Assembly (NCBI GenBank): GCA_045542175.1
Contig: JAZQKN010000137.1
Location: forward strand, 8,961 to 72,960
Origin: Acutalibacteraceae bacterium
GTDB lineage: Bacteria; Bacillota; Clostridia; Oscillospirales; Acutalibacteraceae
Direction: 5' to 3'
DNA: 64,000 nt
This document shows positions 30,401 through 39,843 of this stretch, in pieces. The notes below the pieces were generated by a model that saw only the letters and a program-made list of their open reading frames with translations, made no database searches and was not told the DNA's origin. A program made the translations under genes and the position numbers. Within the stretch, counting starts at the first letter, position 1, and each line of letters begins with the position of its first letter.

Positions 30401-33400
30401 TCGCTTTCCGTACTGTCAGCGGCAAGAGAAGCCGTAACAATAACGTTCTTTACGCCCGAAGCTTCATTACCGATAAATCCGAAGCCTTCAACCACACCCG
30501 CTGAAGGTGTGCTGAGCGTAAATACAAGGTCTTCAGGAATTGCCTTGACAGGCTTATTCTCGTAAAGAGCCATAACGGGTAACTCTGCTTTCTGACCGTA
30601 GATGGCATTCATATTTGTTTTGCTGAAGTAAACTCTGTCCGGAACAACGATGTTAATTGTTTTTGTGCCGATAACCGTGTCACCGAGCATAAGATACACA
30701 TCAACCGAACCGTTTCTGAGCGCCGTAAGAACGCCGTCTTCTGTTACCGTAGCCCATTTATCATCCGAAACAGCCCAGCTTGTTCCTTCGGGAAGCTCTG
30801 CCGTATTACCTGTTGCGCTTACGCCCTTTGCGGTAAGCTGAACGGACGAGTTTTTGGTCATAAAGTCATATTCGCTCTCAATAATTGCGTGATCGAAAGC
30901 GGTTGAACTGGGAGCGGTTGAAACCATAATAAGCGACGTGCTTACTGAACGTGCCGCACCGTCCGAAGGCTTGTTGGAAACACTGAGTTTATCATCGCCT
31001 TCTTTTCTTGTAACGAGCGTTGTTGATCCGCCGCCATCAAGATTTATAGCCTGAACACAACCCGCTTCAAGCATAATATGAGCAATTTCATTATAAGTAC
31101 CGCCGCAGGAAACAGGTTCCTGTCTGCCGTCAAGTACCATAAACACAACCTTACCTGTCTGGGTAATGCCTACCGCCGTACGGCTTGCACGGTTTGTTGC
31201 ATAATCAGTGTTTGACGTTATAAGTACTTTTCCGTCTTTTACAAGCATTGAACCAAAGCCGCCGATAGCTTCTTTAAGCTCATCCTTATAATATTTGTTA
31301 TAATCTTGGGTTGTTCCGATTACAGCCTTGCCGTCCTTTGTGATTCCGAAGAATCCTGTTGAACCGATACCGTGATATTCAGTACCGTCCATAATAAGCA
31401 AGCCGCCGGGTTCACCCGTTTCCATATTGTATCCGCCGCCGTTAATGCCTACAATTACATTGTAATTCTCAACGTACAGATCGCTTTCCGGGTTGCCGTA
31501 TTTATTCTGTGCGGCATTAGACTGCTCAAGAACAGTCTGCATTCCCCAGCTTGTGGGATCGTTGTCCTTATAGTTGGCATAGACAAAAATATCATCTCTT
31601 GAGAGATCGGCGGTGGCAGTATAGTAAACCATTTGCTTGTTATCTGCCGTAGTTGCCTTTTTGCTTGTCTGAATTATACCGGGTGCAAGAGTTGAAGTTT
31701 CGGATTCAAACACCGTAAAATACGGATTTTCCGTATTTTCAACATAGTCACCGGCAAGCTCGCAGACATAATCCGCAAACGCATAGCAACAAGCTCTTCT
31801 TAATACAGAAAGGTCTTTTGTATTGAAAACCTTTGTTGCTTCAAGAGTTGTTATTACTCTGTTTCCTGTGTAAGCATTGTAGACAGCATCACGCACGTCA
31901 GCACGGATACTGATTCCGCCAAGTCTGTTTTTAAGGAAATAATCCGCTCTGCTTTCCATTGTGAGATTTTCTGTGAAATAGCCTGTGAAAATCTCAGTAA
32001 TCAAGCCTTCTTTGTATTCGGAATCAATGATAACGTCCATCAGATAGAGTGCATCAAGATCGCCGAACATATCCTGTTCGTTAAATCCGCCGACTTCTTC
32101 GGGATCATCCTGAAGGAGATAGTTTTTGCCGATTTCCTCAATCATTTCGTCGAGAGTACCCGATACTCCGCCGTAATCGGAAAACTCCATAAGGTCAACG
32201 AGGTCACCCGCCCAACCTGCAACGTCGGCGTGGTTGAGGCTTGTTTTATTGTGATACGTAATATCCATCGTTCCGAACATATGCCCGAAATCAACGGTAT
32301 CACCGTTGGGAAGAACAAAATTCTCAAGATCCTTGAGTGCAGTTACCCTGAGTGCTGCATCGGGACCTGCCATAGCATTATAATCTTCTTCAAATCTTGC
32401 AACGTATGCCGCAAAATCAGCATCCTCATAGCCCGCCATAATGCCCCACGAGCCTTCAGTATACTTATCTACACCCGTACGGATATATTTGATAACAAGC
32501 TCAACGGGATCTTTGCCGGGGAACTCCGCCGCATACATATTCGCTATTTCTTCAAGTGCGGCAAGGTTGATTATAAAGGTATCGTAATCATCAATGTTGG
32601 GATTCTCAAGAACGGGAATCTCAACGTATGTTGTGTGATCGCATCTGGAACATTTTTCATATGCTTCCCAGCCTACGCTTGTGTACGTGGGAGCCTTTGC
32701 CTCATAATATGTAAGGATATGTCCCTGTGTTTCAACAACCTGCTGAGCGATAATAACTTCACCGCAAACGCCGCAATGACTTCCCTGAGTTATACCGTTC
32801 TGTGTACAGGTTACGGGTATTGCAGCATCGATAACCTCTGTGTGTCCGAGTGCTTTGCCTTCGGTATATCCGCAGCAATTCAGACAAGTCGAGGGCTCTG
32901 TGCATGTTGCGTCAGACATATTATGTCCCGTTGCGGAAACTTCATTTGCAATATACTGATAACGACATCTTGAACAGGTATTTACCGTGCTTCCGTTTTC
33001 GGTACAGGTTGCATTTGTTGTTGCCGTTGTAAATCTGTGACCGAGCGAAGCCGTGAGTTCTTGTCCGCATTCGGTACAGCTTTGTCCTTTGGTGCAAGTT
33101 GCGCGCGTTCCGGGTGTATGACCCTTTGCCTGCGCAATAACTTCGTTACACTCCGTACAGGTCTGCGCCTGAGTACAGGTTGCATTCTCGCCGGGTGTAT
33201 GCGGTTTAACAGGAGCGAGCTCTAAGTCACATACCGTACAGGTCTGCGCACTCTTACAGGTTGCCTCTGCGCCTGCCGTATGTCCTGTTTCGGGCACTTC
33301 GGAATCGGTATAGCTGTTTCCGCATTCCGTACAGGTGTGAGTTGTATATCCTATATTAACGCAGGTAGGTAAAGTTACGGTTATTCTGTAACTGTGACCC

Positions 33401-36400
33401 TTTGCAACGGCGATTACCTCGTTGCATTCTGTACAAACCTGAGTTGCCGTACAGGTAACGTCACCGTTGGGTGTATGTCCTTTTGCGGGAATAATCTGAT
33501 TTCCTTCTTCATAACCGCAAAGAACACAATGGCTGCCCGAGCTGTATCCGTCTTCCGTACAGGTAGGCTCAATGGCATTGCTGTGCACCATATTGTGTCC
33601 TAATGCGGGAAGAAGCTCATCACCGCATACAAGGCAAATCTGCGGCTGTGTACAGGTCGGTTTTTCACCGGGGGTGTGACCGTTTTCGGAGGCAAGCACC
33701 TCGCCGCAAACTACGCAAGTCTGAGGCTGAGTACAGGTAGCCTGTGCTCCGGGTGTATGACCGAGTGCGGGTTTCTCACTGTCCGTATAAGAATCACCGC
33801 AGTTCAAACAGGTGTGCTTTGTATAGCCCGCATTCGTGCAATCGGGTTCAAAAATCTCATCTGAATAATTGTGGCCTTTAGCTTCTTCAAGCACATCTCC
33901 GCAAACAGTACAAGTTTGCGCATCTTCGCAAGTTGCCGCTGCTCCCGCAGTATGTCCGAGCGCGGATACTTCATCCGTTACAAGGACTTCTCCGCATCTC
34001 AAGCAAGTGCTTGTTGTATATCCGCCTTCAGTACAGGTCGGATAGGTAATAACAACCGAGTAACTGTGACCTTTTGCTTCTTCAAGCACTTTTCCGCAAA
34101 CAGTACAAGTCTGTGACTGTGTACAAGTAGCATCACCCGAAAGGCTGTGACCTGTTGCAGAAACGGTTTCTGTGTATCCGTATCCGCAGGGGCAAGTGTA
34201 TTTGTTATATCCTGAGTTTTCGCAATCCGGCTGAACAGATTCGACAAGTGTGTAAATATGATTTGTATGTTCTGTCCATACGCCATTGATATAATAGTTT
34301 GATGAATTTGCTCCGGAGGGCTGCATATATTTTCCGTCAGCATTCTTGAGCTTTGCGGGGGTAATGGGAATTTCCGTATATCCGCTTTTTTGAACAAGCT
34401 GATGAGTTTTTGTCTGGCTGCCTTTTTTCAAAAGAACAACGCCTGAATCCGAACTGCTGATATCAGCACCGCTTGCCGTTGTGTAAATATATCCGGCTGA
34501 GGCATCAAGAACTCCGTCAACCTGAATTCTTGCATCCTTAAGATCCGCATCGGTACGGCTATACTTTCTGCCGGGTGCATATTGAAGCGGAATAAACGTT
34601 TTATTGGTAGCTCCGCAGAAATTGCCCCATTCGGAACTGTCGTAAATATAAACGTTGGTTCCTGAACCGAGAACGCATCTCGCATCCTTGCCGATAATAA
34701 TTTCGGCACCGGGCAACATTGAAATATTCTGCGCAAGAGTGATTGTTCCGCTGTTTACCTTAACAGTTATATTATTGTTTATGGGAAGTACGTAATCCTT
34801 TGAGTTGATGGTTTTGGCAAGGAGTCCGCTTCCGAATTTAAGCTCTATGGGACTTATTGAAATTTCACCGTTGACTTCAACAACAAGTCGGTCGGTTGCA
34901 GGGTCATAATATTTCGTTACGGAGCCTGAGGTAAGGTTAAACATCGCATCTTTTTTTGCAATGAACGAAACCGCAGAACCAAACTCCATTGATGAAATAT
35001 AAACAGAAGTGTAACTGCTTTCAACCGAACCCGCCTCAAGAGTCAGAGGCACTTCAATATTCTGAATATAATACTGTGAAAGCGGGAATACACCGTTTTC
35101 CATATCCGTTGTCTGGGTGCCGCCCCTGAAATCCATAATCTGGAAATATTCATAAACGTTGGCACCGCTTTTTGCAACAACGCTTCCCGAACCGATAATA
35201 AATCCGTAAGCATAAAGATTACCGCCGTTATTAACGGTAATATTACTGCCGTTTTCCATTTTTATAAATCCGCACGGTCCGTTAGGTGATCCGCCGTCGG
35301 TTTTGCCGCCCTTTGCGGTAAAATGCTTTGCGGGAATGGAAAGAGCACCGTTAACAATGATATTGGCACCCGGTGCCATAGTCAGAGTTCTGTAGGCTGT
35401 AGGCTTAATTCTTGTCTCGGATTCAACTTCAGGGGTGGTTGTGTAAACGGTATTGTTGGCATCAAAAGGAATAAGCAACGTAATGCCTGAAGGAATAGTA
35501 TAATTACCTGCCGGCAATTTACCGTCGTTCGCCAAAACAACCGTATTTCTTCCCGTTGAAGAAGCATAAGCAACAGCATTGTTAAGATTATTGAACAAAT
35601 AACTGTTGTTGCCCGCAGTGAAATATGCCTCGGAATTTGCTCCTGCAAAAACCGCCTTAACGGTCATATCGTTTACGGGAGTAATCTTATATGTTGTGCT
35701 TGTAGAATAAACAAAATTGGTTTCGGGGTTTATCCAGCCAAGGAATTTTCCGCCGTTTGCTTCAGTCGCGGTAAGAGTTGCACCTTTGCTGAGCGTAATA
35801 ACTCTGGAGCTTCCCGAAGAAACTTTTTCTCCGTCAACGCTAATGCTTCCGTAAGAAGAATCATAATTAAACGTTACGTTTGATTCCTCAGCAGCTTCAA
35901 CAAGGCTGATATTGCTGAGAACAAGCTTTGCTTCCTGATATCCTGTTTTTGACTTGAGTGAAAGAGTTACGTTTCCGTCGGGATAAAGAAGCACTGAATA
36001 TTTGCCCGATGATGAGCCCTCACTGAAAGATTCATAGTTAGAAGCATTGTAATCAAAGCTGAGTGTTGAAATCTTATCGGTATTGTTGTAAATATCGATT
36101 GTATTTACCTTTGATGTCAGCATTCCGCCTTTGACGGTAATTGTCACCGTGTTTCCGGAAACTGATGCTGTATCAGCACTGTCTGTAATCAGCACCTTAC
36201 CGCCGAGAACCGTAACGTTGCTCTGGGGTGACGTTGATAAATTGGAAACGGAACCGTCAAGATAAGAATAAAAAACATCCAGAGCCTTTGCGGTTTTTGT
36301 TCCGAGCAGTTTTTTCTTATCGGTGTTTCCGAGTCTGTTTATCATCGGATCAAGAGACTCAATATCATCCTTTGCGTATTGAGCAGTCTCATTATCCATT

Positions 36401-36651
36401 CCGAGAGCAACATCGGCAATATCACGTTCCGTATAGCTTCCGGCACCAAGATAACGAATCAGCACGGCATTCATTTTAAGAAACGCGTTCCAGAGCGGGT
36501 TATCATTATTAACATCAAAATATGATCCCGTATCCAACAGCCCGAAAGCATTATGATGATCCGCTGCAAATGTCGGTACCGATAATGCCGACATAAATAC
36601 GGTAAGCACCATAAACAATGCCAATATTCTTTTGCCTGTTTGCTTAATCAT
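27457..36651 (-). CDS. Giant (about 3060 aa) secreted surface protein: beta-rich N-terminus, Cys/His repeats, GWAGDL domain, NAGPA-like phosphodiester glycosidase, Ig-like domain, C-terminal cell-wall-binding repeats
   Basis: Signal peptide (KRILALFMVLTVFMSALSVPTFA); GINGG, RTAVG...DGRQ...AINLDGGGST; tandem GH..TCT..C..CG repeats; tandem YYY-rich repeats; ATGA overlap with the licD stop. Confidence 0.85.
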   Translation of the reverse strand: MIKQTGKRILALFMVLTVFMSALSVPTFAADHHNAFGLLDTGSYFDVNNDNPLWNAFLKMNAVLIRYLGAGSYTERDIADVALGMDNETAQYAKDDIESLDPMINRLGNTDKKKLLGTKTAKALDVFYSYLDGSVSNLSTSPQSNVTVLGGKVLITDSADTASVSGNTVTITVKGGMLTSKVNTIDIYNNTDKISTLSFDYNASNYESFSEGSSSGKYSVLLYPDGNVTLSLKSKTGYQEAKLVLSNISLVEAAEESNVTFNYDSSYGSISVDGEKVSSGSSRVITLSKGATLTATEANGGKFLGWINPETNFVYSTSTTYKITPVNDMTVKAVFAGANSEAYFTAGNNSYLFNNLNNAVAYASSTGRNTVVLANDGKLPAGNYTIPSGITLLIPFDANNTVYTTTPEVESETRIKPTAYRTLTMAPGANIIVNGALSIPAKHFTAKGGKTDGGSPNGPCGFIKMENGSNITVNNGGNLYAYGFIIGSGSVVAKSGANVYEYFQIMDFRGGTQTTDMENGVFPLSQYYIQNIEVPLTLEAGSVESSYTSVYISSMEFGSAVSFIAKKDAMFNLTSGSVTKYYDPATDRLVVEVNGEISISPIELKFGSGLLAKTINSKDYVLPINNNITVKVNSGTITLAQNISMLPGAEIIIGKDARCVLGSGTNVYIYDSSEWGNFCGATNKTFIPLQYAPGRKYSRTDADLKDARIQVDGVLDASAGYIYTTASGADISSSDSGVVLLKKGSQTKTHQLVQKSGYTEIPITPAKLKNADGKYMQPSGANSSNYYINGVWTEHTNHIYTLVESVQPDCENSGYNKYTCPCGYGYTETVSATGHSLSGDATCTQSQTCTVCGKVLEEAKGHSYSVVITYPTCTEGGYTTSTCLRCGEVLVTDEVSALGHTAGAAATCEDAQTCTVCGDVLEEAKGHNYSDEIFEPDCTNAGYTKHTCLNCGDSYTDSEKPALGHTPGAQATCTQPQTCVVCGEVLASENGHTPGEKPTCTQPQICLVCGDELLPALGHNMVHSNAIEPTCTEDGYSSGSHCVLCGYEEGNQIIPAKGHTPNGDVTCTATQVCTECNEVIAVAKGHSYRITVTLPTCVNIGYTTHTCTECGNSYTDSEVPETGHTAGAEATCKSAQTCTVCDLELAPVKPHTPGENATCTQAQTCTECNEVIAQAKGHTPGTRATCTKGQSCTECGQELTASLGHRFTTATTNATCTENGSTVNTCSRCRYQYIANEVSATGHNMSDATCTEPSTCLNCCGYTEGKALGHTEVIDAAIPVTCTQNGITQGSHCGVCGEVIIAQQVVETQGHILTYYEAKAPTYTSVGWEAYEKCSRCDHTTYVEIPVLENPNIDDYDTFIINLAALEEIANMYAAEFPGKDPVELVIKYIRTGVDKYTEGSWGIMAGYEDADFAAYVARFEEDYNAMAGPDAALRVTALKDLENFVLPNGDTVDFGHMFGTMDITYHNKTSLNHADVAGWAGDLVDLMEFSDYGGVSGTLDEMIEEIGKNYLLQDDPEEVGGFNEQDMFGDLDALYLMDVIIDSEYKEGLITEIFTGYFTENLTMESRADYFLKNRLGGISIRADVRDAVYNAYTGNRVITTLEATKVFNTKDLSVLRRACCYAFADYVCELAGDYVENTENPYFTVFESETSTLAPGIIQTSKKATTADNKQMVYYTATADLSRDDIFVYANYKDNDPTSWGMQTVLEQSNAAQNKYGNPESDLYVENYNVIVGINGGGYNMETGEPGGLLIMDGTEYHGIGSTGFFGITKDGKAVIGTTQDYNKYYKDELKEAIGGFGSMLVKDGKVLITSNTDYATNRASRTAVGITQTGKVVFMVLDGRQEPVSCGGTYNEIAHIMLEAGCVQAINLDGGGSTTLVTRKEGDDKLSVSNKPSDGAARSVSTSLIMVSTAPSSTAFDHAIIESEYDFMTKNSSVQLTAKGVSATGNTAELPEGTSWAVSDDKWATVTEDGVLTALRNGSVDVYLMLGDTVIGTKTINIVVPDRVYFSKTNMNAIYGQKAELPVMALYENKPVKAIPEDLVFTLSTPSAGVVEGFGFIGNEASGVKNVIVTASLAADSTESDSISVALYTMDEVSFDFDNATGGDRTMAWNRVVSNSTTEDEYVYEIVDYSEEMITEYTFGIDMTQIPIPEQLADLTTMLPGAELENASAWSFLMQLAERVSVLTEVKATVRIDSNFEVDYSNISLVNDYFVLTNTEFDEATNTLTLTLNWKDQTQAIDPDMANPLCILKGIKLIPKQGVDWPNDRLTVVNAGDISYKMYMRANALYTFAQNTQNQEAYGILPFVNPDNPNEKGGYFGATYAYFEDTYILSKAVKEGWVNEENGFAYYVDGQKYTGICLIDGYYYDFGENGINIGQTKFTGLFYDEANGVYRYSKLGELMSGWHMINDEWYYFHSSTLAAKGGYYRVGEVYFNFEETGKVSDGVWIKTLEGTRYYYGPSYYFRGWYEIDGNLYYFRGGYRYEGLRSVSASAMPTTWYDFGDDGVCRGVLNGIYYLDGYYRYIENGIATEKHLFKYGDDYYYATYGGKLATNTTLTTASTNCDLPKGTYTFDAEGKMIGSSANGEIVELDGVLYYYEKGVGVEKGLVKVGNDYYYAAYKGKLVTNKELKIPMTSCDLPIDRYEFGADGKMLDGIVEKDGVLYYYETGKGVEKGLIKVDGAYYYAAYKGKLAVNTSLRPSIINCDLPKATYEFGADGKALDGIIEKDGELYYYENGVADEKGLIKIGDDYYYAAYKGKLVVGKSIKATVTSCDLPAGEHYEFDAEGKMISGIIEKDGILYYYENGKGVEKGLIKIGNDYYYAAYNGKLAVNTSLRPSIINCDLPKATYEFGADGKALNGIVEKDGVLYYYENGIGVEKGLVKVGEDYYYAAYKGKIAVSKTLKVTLTNCDLPAGVKYEFDANGKMLNGIIEKDGELYYYENGQALEKGLTKIGDDYYYVAYKGKIAVNKTIKVTLSSCDLPTGVKYEFGPDGKMLNGIVEKDGELYYYENGLGVEKGLVYVDGYYYYATYKGKLAVNTTIKITATNNLLIADTYTFNEKGQIIG
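27460..29100 (-). repeat. In-frame tandem repeats of about 200 bp (about 66 aa) encoding aromatic cell-wall-binding-like modules
   Basis: Recurrent GIIEKDGELYYYENG...EKGLIKIGDDYYYAAYKGKL...CDLP...YEFGADGK units, about 8 copies. Confidence 0.85.
32600..34270 (-). repeat. Cys/His-rich peptide repeats within the giant gene
   Basis: About 17-18 units of GH-x5-8-TC-x4-8-CxxCG. Confidence 0.8.
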
Positions 36652-37475
36652 AGCCATCTCCTTTCGCCTGTTTTTATATATTCTTTATATGAAGTGTTTA
36701 CGTCACAAATATTTGCTTTGTGATGTGATTTCCGGTCTTTTTCAGAAGGATCTTCACGCCAATTGCCGTATTTAAAAGTAAGATATTCGTCATAGCGTTC
36801 GGGCACGGTAACTTCAACACCTTCAAATCTCGCTTTAAATCCGTCACCGTACCATTCGCGAAGAATTTTTCCTTTGCCCTGACGGTCACCGTAATTACAA
36901 AGATAAAGTGACGTTTTATCAGTAGCCGAAATCATTCTTTCAATTTTTGCTATTGCCTTATGCGTACTTTTGTTGAACCCAAAGAATCTCATAACCAGAT
37001 TTCTTATACGGATTCTGGCTTTGCTTTGATCGTCAAGAGAACTGAATGCCCACCAAAAAAGAAGCTTGGTTTTAATTTTGGTTATTTTTGAGGGTTCACG
37101 GTAACTGTCAATGGGAAAAATATCCATATAAATTCCGTGATTCATCTCAAGATGGGAAACAGATTTTTCAATAAAAGTTGTTTCGGTGTTTCTTATTTTT
37201 GAATAAATAAACGGAAACCGACTGTCGGTCATATAGTTCTGAACAAAAAGATTATCGGGTAAAAGCTGTTGCGCCTTCCGAAGAAAAATCACATAATCTT
37301 CTCTCGGCATCGCAACGTCAAGGTCATCATCCCAGGGAATGAAGCCCTCATATTTTATTGCACCGAGAGCACTGCCGTTAACAAGATAATATTTTAAATT
37401 AAGTTTGTTGCAGACCCTGACAAACTGTCTGAAGGATTCCAGCACCGTTTTTTGAATATCATTCACCTTGTTCAA
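36648..37475 (-). CDS. licD: LicD family phosphotransferase
   Basis: GSALGAIKYEGFIPWDDDLDVAMPREDY, GIYMDIFPID, YL..KYGNW. Confidence 0.9.
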   Translation of the reverse strand: MNKVNDIQKTVLESFRQFVRVCNKLNLKYYLVNGSALGAIKYEGFIPWDDDLDVAMPREDYVIFLRKAQQLLPDNLFVQNYMTDSRFPFIYSKIRNTETTFIEKSVSHLEMNHGIYMDIFPIDSYREPSKITKIKTKLLFWWAFSSLDDQSKARIRIRNLVMRFFGFNKSTHKAIAKIERMISATDKTSLYLCNYGDRQGKGKILREWYGDGFKARFEGVEVTVPERYDEYLTFKYGNWREDPSEKDRKSHHKANICDVNTSYKEYIKTGERRWL

Positions 37476-38745
37476 CCCCGTTTTTGCTGTTTTTCAATGC
37501 CGCAAAGGGTAGCGACAAAACAAAATAAATCATATAACCTGCTTCTGTTCTGAGTGATGAGTTGTAAATAATAATAAGCACACAGCACACAGCAACAACA
37601 ATTGCAATTCTTGCGTACTCTTTAGCATAGCTGTTTCGTGAAATCATAAATACATACAAAACAGAAAGCAAGAAGAAAAATCCTGTAAAAAGCGCAAATC
37701 CCAGATAACCTGTTTCAAGAGTAACGTGAGCAGTTGAAAACCAGAAATATCTGATATAGCCGTAGCTCTGATAAAACGGTGTGTTGAGAAATGCAATGTT
37801 TGACGTTTCGCAGTTTCCGAGGCCAAGGCCGGTAAGCTTTTCTGCAGTTGTATTAAGGAATAAATCGGATACCTGACTGATTGCACCGAGTCTGCCGATG
37901 GTATCTGAGCCTGTGTAACCTTCCGACTGATGCGTAATCATATTTTCAAAATTGGTAAGCTCTGCGAAATAAGGAAAGAGAATCAGCATAAGGTTAACGC
38001 AAACAACAACGCCGATAATTCCTCCGATAACAACAAGTATTTTTCTCCATGAATTGCCCGAAACAAGTACGGCAACGATAATTATTGCAACAAACTCTAT
38101 ATAAAAAAACTTAATCTCTGCGAAAGTAGCCAAAAGAAGTGCCGTTGCACATTTGCTGAGCATCATCATCGTTTTTTCTCTTTTAGAAAGATAGTCTGTG
38201 ACTGATTTTGCGCATATTATAACAAAAAATATGTTTACAAAGCCGTTGCAGCCTGACTGTGTTCCGAATATTCCACCCAAAAAATCCTGCTTGTAACCAA
38301 GAACAAAATACTGGAAAAGCATAACAACGGCATTTATCCAGAACAACACGTCAAAAGCCTTAAGATAAGCTTTTATATCTTCTTCCGCTAAAAAAATTGC
38401 AAATGCAATAAATGCAAAATAAAACCTGAAATTGTTTCGCACACCCATTATGTAATACAGCGCCGACTGATATTTAAAAATATACGAAACAAAAGTAAAA
38501 ACTAAAAATAACGTTATCCACGCCGCTGCAATTTTGGTTTGCGTATTCATAACAAGATTTTTTCTTGAACTGTTAAGCACAATCAAAACAACAAGCAACA
38601 GCCATACAACGTCCGCAACATATTTAATTAAAGACGGCAGTTGAAGAAAGTCAAAAAACATACCGATAGTGAATGGAAAAAACACAAGTATCCATACCAA
38701 CCATTCGGGCTGATTGCGCTTTCTTATTCGCAGTTTCAAATCCAT
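37459..38745 (-). CDS. wzy: Probable polysaccharide polymerase Wzy
   Basis: About 11 TM helices, G.GLG loop and ETGYLG motif; EPS operon context. Confidence 0.75.
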   Translation of the reverse strand: MDLKLRIRKRNQPEWLVWILVFFPFTIGMFFDFLQLPSLIKYVADVVWLLLVVLIVLNSSRKNLVMNTQTKIAAAWITLFLVFTFVSYIFKYQSALYYIMGVRNNFRFYFAFIAFAIFLAEEDIKAYLKAFDVLFWINAVVMLFQYFVLGYKQDFLGGIFGTQSGCNGFVNIFFVIICAKSVTDYLSKREKTMMMLSKCATALLLATFAEIKFFYIEFVAIIIVAVLVSGNSWRKILVVIGGIIGVVVCVNLMLILFPYFAELTNFENMITHQSEGYTGSDTIGRLGAISQVSDLFLNTTAEKLTGLGLGNCETSNIAFLNTPFYQSYGYIRYFWFSTAHVTLETGYLGFALFTGFFFLLSVLYVFMISRNSYAKEYARIAIVVAVCCVLIIIYNSSLRTEAGYMIYFVLSLPFAALKNSKNGVEQGE

Positions 38746-38811
38746 ACAGAAATACTCCTAATTATGCACTCTGTTTTCAGGGAGACACTTTTATAAAAAT
38801 CCCATACATTT

Positions 38812-39843
38812 TTATTTTCTTAAAATTGCCTTCAGCCTCTTTAACACTTTTTTAGCTTTATCAATAAGGTCAAGCCTGTAAAGCATATCAACGGCAAAAG
38901 AACGGATATATCCTTTGACAGTGTGATTGCCCAAAAACTTTTGTGCTTTAAGATAACCGTTTTCGCTGTTATATAAAGACTGAAATTCGTCATAGCGTTC
39001 GGGCTTTTTGCTCGGCTCATAAAGATTCATCTGATAAATACCGTCAAGTGTTTTTTCAGCAAAATCCAGATTTTTTGAACTCTTTTCAAACCATTCAAGG
39101 CCTTTTTGAGTTGTTACTATTACAGCCGAAAGATGTCTGGTCGGAGACTCCGAATAAAATTCATTCCAGTTGTCGCTGACACAGATATCAGCTTCTCTTT
39201 CGGGCTTTGCAAATTTGCATTCATAACAGGACGGGCGCAGAATGTAATTGGAAATATATGCCGAATAAAACCAATCATATCTGGTTGTTGCGGCATTATA
39301 TCTTTTGCCGTTTTCAAACAAAACTTCCATATCCTCGGATTTACCCTGTCTGCTTTTTGCTCTGAAATTACAGCTCACAGCCTTGCTTTTATATTTCTTT
39401 TCAAGGTGTGAAATATAATCGGCAAAAAAACGGTTACTTCCGACTCCGTGACAGACAATTTCAAAAGTGAGAAGATTATCACAGGTTTTGATATCCGATG
39501 CGTTCAAAAAAGCTTTGAGACCTGCAATCTGACAAGGCGTGCCCGAAAAAAGCACGTGCTTATCTTCTTTTATATCATTAATTACATTATTATATGTACC
39601 GCTTATATCTGAAGAAATATATTTTGAACCCCGCATTGCGTTTCTTTCTTCACGGGTTGTTGCACGCTTATGAACTGCATTAAGGTTTTCATCAAGCACG
39701 CAACCGTATACAACAGCGTTTTCTTTATAAGCATCAAGCCATTCGTCTGTAATTGCTGTAAACATACCGCCTGAAGAGCTTTTTTTAATAACGTCTTTAT
39801 TTTTATGATTAGCCGTAAAATAACGCTGCTCCATTGTTTTCAC
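38812..39843 (-). CDS. FrhB/FdhB-like (F420 hydrogenase beta subunit family) Fe-S oxidoreductase
   Basis: SSSGG.FT, GSKY, GTPCQIAGL, CHGV, RPSCYECKF. Confidence 0.88.
   Translation of the reverse strand: MKTMEQRYFTANHKNKDVIKKSSSGGMFTAITDEWLDAYKENAVVYGCVLDENLNAVHKRATTREERNAMRGSKYISSDISGTYNNVINDIKEDKHVLFSGTPCQIAGLKAFLNASDIKTCDNLLTFEIVCHGVGSNRFFADYISHLEKKYKSKAVSCNFRAKSRQGKSEDMEVLFENGKRYNAATTRYDWFYSAYISNYILRPSCYECKFAKPEREADICVSDNWNEFYSESPTRHLSAVIVTTQKGLEWFEKSSKNLDFAEKTLDGIYQMNLYEPSKKPERYDEFQSLYNSENGYLKAQKFLGNHTVKGYIRSFAVDMLYRLDLIDKAKKVLKRLKAILRK

Noticed and set aside
32600-34270. Multiheme cytochrome interpretation of the Cys/His repeats
   Set aside because: Motifs are CxxCG/N/D with a distant His, not CxxCH.
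36648-37475. Firm claim of phosphocholine decoration
   Set aside because: No licA/licB/licC in the window, and LicD-family enzymes also transfer glycerol- or ribitol-phosphate.
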